Assembly: GCA_029934065.1 (NCBI GenBank)
Contig: JAOZMX010000002.1
Span: 138 to 60,090, forward strand
DNA: 59,953 nt
Direction: 5' to 3'
From: Bacteroidales bacterium
GTDB taxonomy: Bacteria; Bacteroidota; Bacteroidia; Bacteroidales; 4484-276
The position numbers and the translations under genes were made by a program. A model generated the notes under the pieces. That model made no database searches. It was not told the DNA's origin and was given only the letters and a program-made list of their open reading frames with translations. Shown here in pieces: positions 35,901-44,900 of the stretch. The stretch's first letter is position 1. Every line of letters begins with the position of its first letter.

Positions 35901-38900
35901 ATTGAAAAATACCGGTGCGCTTGCCGTCGAAGTAAATGGTGTTTCATTCAGTGATCCCGATTTTCATACTGTCGATGTTATTGATAAAATCTTTCCCTTT
36001 GCTCAAAAACAATTACGGGTGGTTTTTGCTCCGTCGGTGGTTAAAACCTATGAGGCAACACTCACGTTACTGCTCGAAAATGCAACGTCACCCACTTTGG
36101 AAATCCCGCTCACGGGGCAAGGATTAACACCTCCGGTTCCCGTGTTCACTCCAACGCAAATAGACTTCGGCGATGTGCTTGTCAATAATACGGCCACCGA
36201 AAACGCCGTCCTTTCGAATGACGGAAATGCGCTTCTCGAAGTCTATTCGGCAACATTCGATAACGGGACCTTCCTCACCGACGATTTAATATTGCCTCAA
36301 ACCATCGGGTTTGGCGAGCAGATTGCGTTTCATATTTTCTTTCTTCCTTTGAATTACGAAACCGTCGTCGATCACCTGCTATTCAGTACCAACATGGGTT
36401 TGTTGAGTCTGCCGGTTTCGGGTACCGGTATTCCTCCCGATAACGACCTTTCGGTGATTGCCGTGGAAACTCCGCATGACGGCTGCGGCCTATCCGATAA
36501 TGAGTCCCTCACGATAACGATCAAGAATTTCGGGCAGTTTTCACAAAGTAATTTCAACGTCGGTTTTTCGCTGAACAATGCCGCACCGGTGATCGAAACG
36601 GTGAGCACCACCTTACCATCCGGCGAATCCACCGGATACACTTTTGCGCAAACCCTCGATCTGTCTGTTTTCGGAAATTATAGCATCGAAACTTTTACGT
36701 TGCTTGGCGACGATCAAAATACATGGAACGACACGCTGGCTTACAGTCTATCCAATTATCCTCCCGTAGGGGAAGTAACGGGCCTTTCGCCTGCCGACAG
36801 TTCATTCGGATGTGTCGAACCGGTTACGTTTTCATGGAATGCGGTTGATAATGCTTCCTTTTACGACTTGTATCTGTGGCGTACCAATCAGCAAAAACCC
36901 GAAGAACCGTCCGTGGAAGGATTAACAGCCACCTCTTATACATGGTATGCTTATCTGAACAAAAACTACCTTTACAACTGGCAAATCGTTGCCCGCAACG
37001 AATGTTCGCAGAGCGAGAGCGAGGTATTCGTATTTTCTTTCAACATCTTTTCCGACCTTACCGTACACAACATCGTGATCCCCGATACGGTGCAGGCGGG
37101 AGCAACCGTTGATGTCTCTTTCACCGTAACAAACAACGGTACCGGCGGAACGGGCATCATCCCCTGGAAAGACCGTTTGTATATTTCTCCGTCGCCGGTT
37201 TTTATTCCCGGTGAGGTGCAATTGCTGGCGGAAGTACAGAATGTAAAAGCCCTTTCGCAGGGAGAAAGTTACACCGATACGGTGAGCGTTGCCATAGGGG
37301 AATTGCTCGAAGGAGCCCAATACGTTTTTGTTTTTGCCGATGCGGGCAACATCATTCAGGAAACCGATGAAGAGAACAATCTCGGCGTGTCGCAGGGAAC
37401 AATGGAAGTGCTTTTGCCTCCCTATCCCGACCTGTCGGTTGAAGATGTGCAGTCCCTGACCGGGAATATCACCCCCGGCACCAACACTTCGGTAGGATGG
37501 ATGACGAAAAATATCGGCGATGCTCCGGCAATCGGAGGATGGAGTTGCAAAATATCCCTGGTTTCCGGCGAGCAACGTTTAATTCTCGGATACGTTCAAT
37601 ACACGGACACATTGGAGACGGGCGGTTTCATTACGCAAGCCGGCACTTTTGCCGTGCCCGAATACCCTGCCATGGAAGGAGAGGTGTATTTGGAAGTTGC
37701 CCTTACGCCTTATCCGGGTCTTGTCGAAAAGCCCAACGCCACGGCCAACAACACGGCCTTATCGGCCGAAAGCGTAACCCTTGAAAAACGGCTGTACATC
37801 TCCATTCCGCAACCGGTAATTGAAGAAAATGCCGTCAGCCCGTTGTGGTGCAATGTCTTCAGAAGCGGAAGCCGGGCCGAGGAACTTACCGTTACGCTCA
37901 ATGTTTCGGAAGAAAACAGGTTGATCCTTCCGGAAACGGTCAGCATTCCGGCCGAACAATCCGGTGCGGCATTTGCCGTGTCTCCCGTCAACAACGAATT
38001 GATAGAAGGTGATGTAACGGTGGAAATCGCGGCGCAGGCCGGAGATTACCCCGGCACCGCAGATACGCTGACGATCGTTGACGACGAAATGCCTTCGCTG
38101 AACGTGGAAATTACACCCGATGAGGCTGTTGAAGGAGAAATCGTAGATGTTACGGTAACGCGTGATCTGGTTACCTCGCAAGCATTGACGGTTTATCTCG
38201 TCGCCGGCATGTCTGATCAGTTGGAGTTGCCCGGTTCGGTTGAGATTCAGGGAAATCAGGCTTCGGCAACCATTGAGGTCCCTGTGATTGATGACAATGT
38301 CCCCGAACTCACCGTTGAGGTAACCGTAAGTGCTTTGCTGACGGGATACCTCACCGGAACGGACTCATTAACCATATCGGATGACGATATTCCCGCAATT
38401 TCATTCACGATCAATCCCGATACCGTCTCCGAAGCGGGCGGGCCCTATGCCTCATGGGGAACGATACAGTTGCAGGAGCCGGCCGACGGCACGCTGACGA
38501 TCCAACTGTCGGCAGACCCGCCCGGTGATATTTTCTTCCCGCAAATGATTACCATTGCCAACGGCATGACACAAAAGCAATTCAACATCGGAGCCGTGGA
38601 TAACGGTGTACTTGACGGTGACCGGGTAGTAGAACTTACGGCATCGGTATTTATCGAATCATGCAGTTGCGGTGCTCCTCCAACGAGTGGCGGCACAACA
38701 ACAAAAGAAATTACCGTACTTGACAACGACGGCCCTTCGCTTGCCGTCTCGGCGGAACCTTTTGTCGTTCCCGAAAACCTTGTGAATGCAGGGATACTGA
38801 CCGTTACACGAAATACCAACGGCGGTGATGCCGTGGAAATCACATTGCAAAACAATTCCCCCGACGAAATATCCTTGCCGGCAACGGCGGTGATTCCCGA

Positions 38901-41900
38901 AGGTGAAGATCAGGTGGAGGTACCTTTCGGCACAATTGACGACGATATTGAAGACGGCGACCAGATCGTGATGATCACCGTTTCAGCCGAAGGCTATGGA
39001 AGCGGTACCTGCTGGGTGATGGTTACCGACCTAAACCTGCCGGATTATACCATCCCGGATATTTCGCTTTCGCAAAACGACATTCTGATCAACGAAACCA
39101 TCACGGTAAACCTGTTCGTGAAAAATACCGGCTTTGCCGTTGCGCCCAACGGAGCCACTGTGAATATTTACCGTTCCGACGACACCATTCCCGACGATGA
39201 TGATCTGCTGCTCGATTCGCAAATCACACAAGACGGTCTTGATATCGGCGACTCGCTGGAAATTTCCTCGGAGATCACTTTTACCGGCGAAGTAGGGGAT
39301 TTTTACATCATTGCCACGGTAAACGAAAATAACAACCGCCCCGAATTGTTGAGTATCAACAACACTTCACTTGCATTGCCCCTCAGCGTTCAACCGGATT
39401 ATACGGCTACGGTAACCGTTGAGGAAGAGGTGTTCAACGGCCGTACACCCATTCCTATCCACGGCGTTACGCAAACGGTAAACAAAGCCCCCGTACCCGA
39501 TAAACCGGTTGATGTTTACATCATCGTTGACGGTGTGCGCAGGGTTCATCAGGTGATCAGCGACGAAAACGGAGAATTTGAATACCTCTTTATCCCTGTC
39601 AACGGCGAAGCAGGTAAGTATGATGTGGGTGCCTGCTATCCCGGCCAGGGCCTCACCGATGCCCAGGATGAGTTTACCATCCTCGGAGCCAAACATACCG
39701 AAACGGGCGATATTCTTTGGAACCTAACACTCGGGGAAACACAGCAGAAATTTCTTGAAATCAAAAATTTTACCGATTTACCGCTGCATAATCTTCAGGT
39801 GGAAGTCGAATGGGCTCCGGCGGGTTGTACGGTGAATTTCGTGCCGGTGGTCAATCTTCCCGGCAACGGTTATGCCACGATAAATTACAGCGTTGAAGCA
39901 ACGGCGGTAACACAAGGCGACCAGTATCAGCAGGTGAAACTATCTCTTGTTTCGGACGAAGGTACCCGTTTTGAATTCGTCACCTGGTTTTATGCCACGG
40001 CGCCCATAGGAAATCTCAAGCTTGACCCGGTGGTTTTGAATGCCACCATGGTACAAAATGAAATCAACTACGTTGAGTTTGAAGTGCAAAACAACGGACT
40101 GGACACCACCGGGCCGGTGAGCATCCTGTTACCGGAGCTCGACTGGCTGTCGCCGGCAAGCCCCGACACCATCCCGTCGCTGCAGCCGGGCGAAAGTGCC
40201 ACGGTAACGTTGAGCCTCACCCCGGGCGACGACTTGCAGCTCAACAATCCCGTTACCGGGCAACTGGTGCTTACCGGAACCAACAGCAACAGTGTGTTGT
40301 TGCCGTTCAGCTTCGAGCCCATTTCGCTCGAAACAGGCAACCTGCTGGTGGATGTGGTGGACGAGTACACCTACAACACGACGGCTGCACCTCACGTGGA
40401 GGGAGCTACCGTCATACTCAAGCATCCATACACCGGCGAAATTATTGCCGAAGGACAATCCGATGAAAACGGCCATTTCCTTGCCGAGGATATCAACGAA
40501 GGGTATTACGTCCTGAAAGTGGAAGCCCCGCAGCACATCGGATACCAGGATTATATCTACATCGACAAAGGCATTGTCAACGAGGTGGTAACATTTATTA
40601 CCTTTCAGGCCATCACCTACACATGGAATGTTGTTCCTACCGAAATCGAAGACCAATACGCCGTAACGCTCATCACACAGTTCGAGACCAATGTACCGGC
40701 TCCGGTGGTGATCATGGACATGCCCGACACGCTACCTCATCTTGAGCAAGGCGAATATTTCCCCTTTCTGGTAAATCTTACCAATGTGGGTTTGATCACC
40801 GCCGAGGATGTGGAAATCACTTTTCCGGATGATCCCGAATACATGTTTACCACAACGGTGGATCAGTTCGACATTTTGCCCAATCAAACCATACAGGTTC
40901 CTGTTGTGATGGAGGTTCGCCCGCCGGAGAAATCCGGTGACGGCAAGAAACTGGTTTGCGCCGATATCACCATTGCCAAATACCAGTTCGATTGTGGCCC
41001 CGACGGTAAACTGAGGGTTGTTGCCGCATGGAGTTTTTATCTCGGCAGGGTTTGCGGTGAATCCGGGACGCCGAGCAACATTTTTTCGCAACTGCCGAGT
41101 TTCGGCCCGGGCGGCCCCGGTGGAGGAGGGGGAAGCCTTAACAGCCCAGGCTGGTCTCCGGAGTATCAGGAACCGACACCTTATCAGGGAACCTACATTG
41201 CATGCGACACCTGTCTGGTGGATGCGATGAACTGCCTGCTGGATTGTATCAACCCGATCCCCGGGCCGTTGGATTGCGGTGCCGATCTGCTATCCAACAA
41301 ATTGAATTTACAAAATTATATTTCATGTATCCTCTCCGTGGTAGATGCTTTAACCGACGGAAAACTGGGCTGTTTCTACTGCATCGGAACCACCGCAGGT
41401 TGTTTCCTTACGGTACCGTTTCCCTCACCTCCCATTATTCCCATGGGAAACAAAGGATACTCGGAGCTTTCGGAAATGGAACAAATCTTTAACGACATGA
41501 TCTGGCTTAACAAGGGATACGGAGCCCTGGCCGATTATACCGTTGAAATTCTCGGAAACGAAAGTTTTCTCGAAAAAGAATACCTCGGCGAGTTCAGAGA
41601 TTCGGTTGCCGTATTTCTGGATGAAAAGATACCGGTTGATACGGTAACCCGCAACAATCTGGTGGTTGCCTTCGAAGATACCGACATCAGCGAGGAAGAA
41701 ATTCTGGACTTTGTTGATCATTGGAATACTACCATGGAAGCATGGAGCAACGGTATTTATTCTCCCACGCAGGAATATCCCGATATTGCTGATACTTTGC
41801 TATTGCATGAATACCAGTTGAATTACGATTCAACCATTCAATACACGCATACACGCGGTTATCCTTCGTTCGATTCGCTCTACAATGCCGATATGGTCAT

Positions 41901-44900
41901 CATGAGAGCTTATCTTGATAATGAATCCCAATCGGTATGTGCCACGGTAACGGTAGAGTTTTCGCAAACGCTGACCATGACCCGTGAGGCTTTCGAGGGA
42001 ACCCTGACCATTTTCAACGGACACGAAACCGATGCCATGCAAAACATCCAGCTTAACCTTGAAGTACGCGACGAAGAAGGGATCATCCGGAACGATCTCT
42101 TCCAGATCAATACCTTGTTGCTGGATGAAATAACGGCCATAGACGGCTCGGGGATTCTGGACGCCCAAACGGAAGGAAGTGTGGTGATACAATTTATCCC
42201 CGAACGCAGTGCCGCACCCACCGTGCCGAAGTATTATTCTTTCGGCGGAACACTGACCTATCTGGATCCTTTTACGGGAGAAATCTACGAACAACCGCTC
42301 TTTCCGGTAACCCTTCAGGTGAATCCCAGTCCGAATCTTTACATCGACTGTTTCATGCAACGCAATATCTTCGGCGACGATGCCCTCACCGAGCCCATCG
42401 AGCCCATGATTCCGGCGGAGCTTGCCGTGATGATCGACAATCAGGGCATGGGCACGGCCAAAAATGTTTCGCTCGAATCGGCACAACCGGTCATCATCGA
42501 CAACGACAAGGGCCTGTTGATCGACTTTGAGATCATCGGGTCGAACCTCGGCGGGCAACCCATGCAACTGGGCCTTTACAATGTTCAGTTCGGGGATATT
42601 CCCGGCGGTGAAACGGCTGTAGGCCAATGGTGGTTCACCAGCACTTTGCTCGGACATTTCGTCTCGTATGAAGCATCGGTAAATCATCTCGACAGCTACG
42701 GCAACCCCGACCTGAGTCTTGTGAGCGGCATACAGATTCATGAGTTGATCAAAAGTATCCGTGTTTACGGTGCGCTCGACGATAGCATCAACGATTTTCT
42801 CGTGAACGACATACCCGACGCAAATGATATTCCCGATGCTTTGTATTATTCCAACGGAGCCGTAGCCGAAGTTTTTGAGGCCGGGAGTATTCAGGCCGAC
42901 GGCGTGGTAACGCTCAACGATACGATCATTCAGATCACGGTGACGCCTTCCGAAGCAGGTTGGAACTACGCTTTGACGGATGATCCCGGAAACGGTTTGT
43001 ACAGGTTGGTGAGCTGCACACGCAGTGACGGGCAGGTGATTCCCGAAGAAAACATCTGGCTTACCTACTGCACCATTCCCGACGGTGATGAGCCGATTTA
43101 TGAAAACAAGCTTCATTTTGTGGATAATTTCGAAGCCACCGATTCGGGTGGTGCGGAACCGGCAGATTATACGGTAGTGTTTGAAGCCATCGATCAGGAT
43201 GTGCCCAAAGTGGTTGCCGTACTCGGTGTTCCCGAAGAGCCGGCTGATTATCCGGTGGAAAATGTTCAGGTCGTCTTCAGCGAACCCATCGAACCCACGA
43301 CGTTCGATTATCAGGACATGGTACTGAAAAATCAGGGAGGTCCCAATCTGATGGATACGCTTGTGACGGTAACTCCTGTTAACGATTCCGTCTTCGATGT
43401 GGACATCTCCGACAAAACTTCCAAAAACGGCTATTACACCCTTACCGTTCAGGCTTCGGGTGTGGCTGACCTCAGCGGAAACTACGGCAACGAAGGATTG
43501 CAGGTGTCGTGGATACAAGCCATTCAGGCGCCGGCCATTGATTATTTCTTCGGTGTTCCCGAAGAACCCGGCGAGCCGATAGATACGATCCTCGTATTGT
43601 TCAACATGCCCATTTACGAAATCACCTTTACCACCGATCAGCTGGAACTGACCGGCACCGACGGAAATCCGCTTCCCACAGGCAGCCTTGTGATCACTTC
43701 CGAAAGCCCCAACAGCGTGCTCTTCAAGATCAGCGGACTGGAAGCGCTTTGCGGTGATGACGGCACTTATCTGTTGACGGTAAAAGTAACGGAGATACAA
43801 GGAGTAACGGGATTGGCCGGTGTGCTTGACCAATCGGTAGGATGGACGGTGTGTCAAATCCCGTTTCCCACGGCTTTTGCAGGCAATGATGCTACCGTAT
43901 GTGCCGGAGCCGCTTATCCGCTCAACGGTACGGCGGAAAATGTAAGCTCGGTTTTATGGACAACTTCCGGAACGGGTACTTTCGACAACGAACAATCGTT
44001 GACGGCAGTTTATACTCCCGGAACGGAAGATTTGGCTGCAGGGTCTGTTGAAATTACGCTCAACGCACTGCCGCTCAATGACTGTGCGCCTTCCGCAACT
44101 TCATCCGTCACCCTTTCATTCGAAAACAATACAACTGTCAATGCCGGTGAAGATGCTGAAGTTTGCGAGAACGGAACGCATACTCTGTTCGGCATGGTAA
44201 CCAATGCAGAAAGTTTCGAATGGATCACCTCGGGCGACGGCATCTTTGATGATAACGGTATATTGACACCGGAATATTCTCCCGGCCCCTATGATGTTGA
44301 AACGGGATTTGCAATATTGTCGCTGGTGGCATATCCCGCAAGTCCGTGTACGATGCCCGACACTTCGTCGATAATGTTGACTGTAAAACACCTTCCCGAA
44401 GCTTCGGTAACGCCGGATACGACCATTTGTGAGGACGAAACACTTCAGCTTGATGCACAGGCATCCGACTACAGTTCATCGTTCTGGATTACCTTCGGAG
44501 ATGGTACATTCAGCTCGCAGCAGGTTCTAAATCCGGTTTATACGCCGGGTGCAGAGGATTTGCAAAAAGGCTCGGTATTTTTGGTGCTTGTTGTTTTGCC
44601 CGAAAGTCCCTGTTACACAAATGTCATTGTTCCGGCTCATGTTGCCTTTGCAAGGTTGCCAGAGGTGTATGCCGGGGAGGATTCTCCCGCAAGCGAATAC
44701 CAGCCCTATCAGCTTTCGGGCTTTGTGGATAATGCACTCTCTTTTATCTGGACAACTCTGGGCGACGGTGTTTTCGACGACCCCAACCGGATTGATGCGG
44801 TTTATTCCTTCGGCACCAACGACCTGACGGCGGGAGAAGTAACACTGACCCTGACGGCAGAACCGCTGAGCCCTTGCGTAAGTTCGGTGTCGGATGATAT

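Noticed and set aside
41050-41067. VCGESG considered as an alpha-2-macroglobulin/TEP-type thioester motif (CGEQ)
   Set aside because: The glutamine needed for a Cys-Gln thioester is replaced by Ser, and the surrounding sequence does not resemble the GCGEQNM context.
41830-43857. 675-codon ORF on the minus strand inside the 5387-codon gene
   Set aside because: It lies entirely antisense to a gene with clear domain structure. Its translation is low-complexity (rich in R/G/H/I) with no recognisable motif, no signal and no promoter box. This is the typical shadow ORF of a long codon-biased gene.
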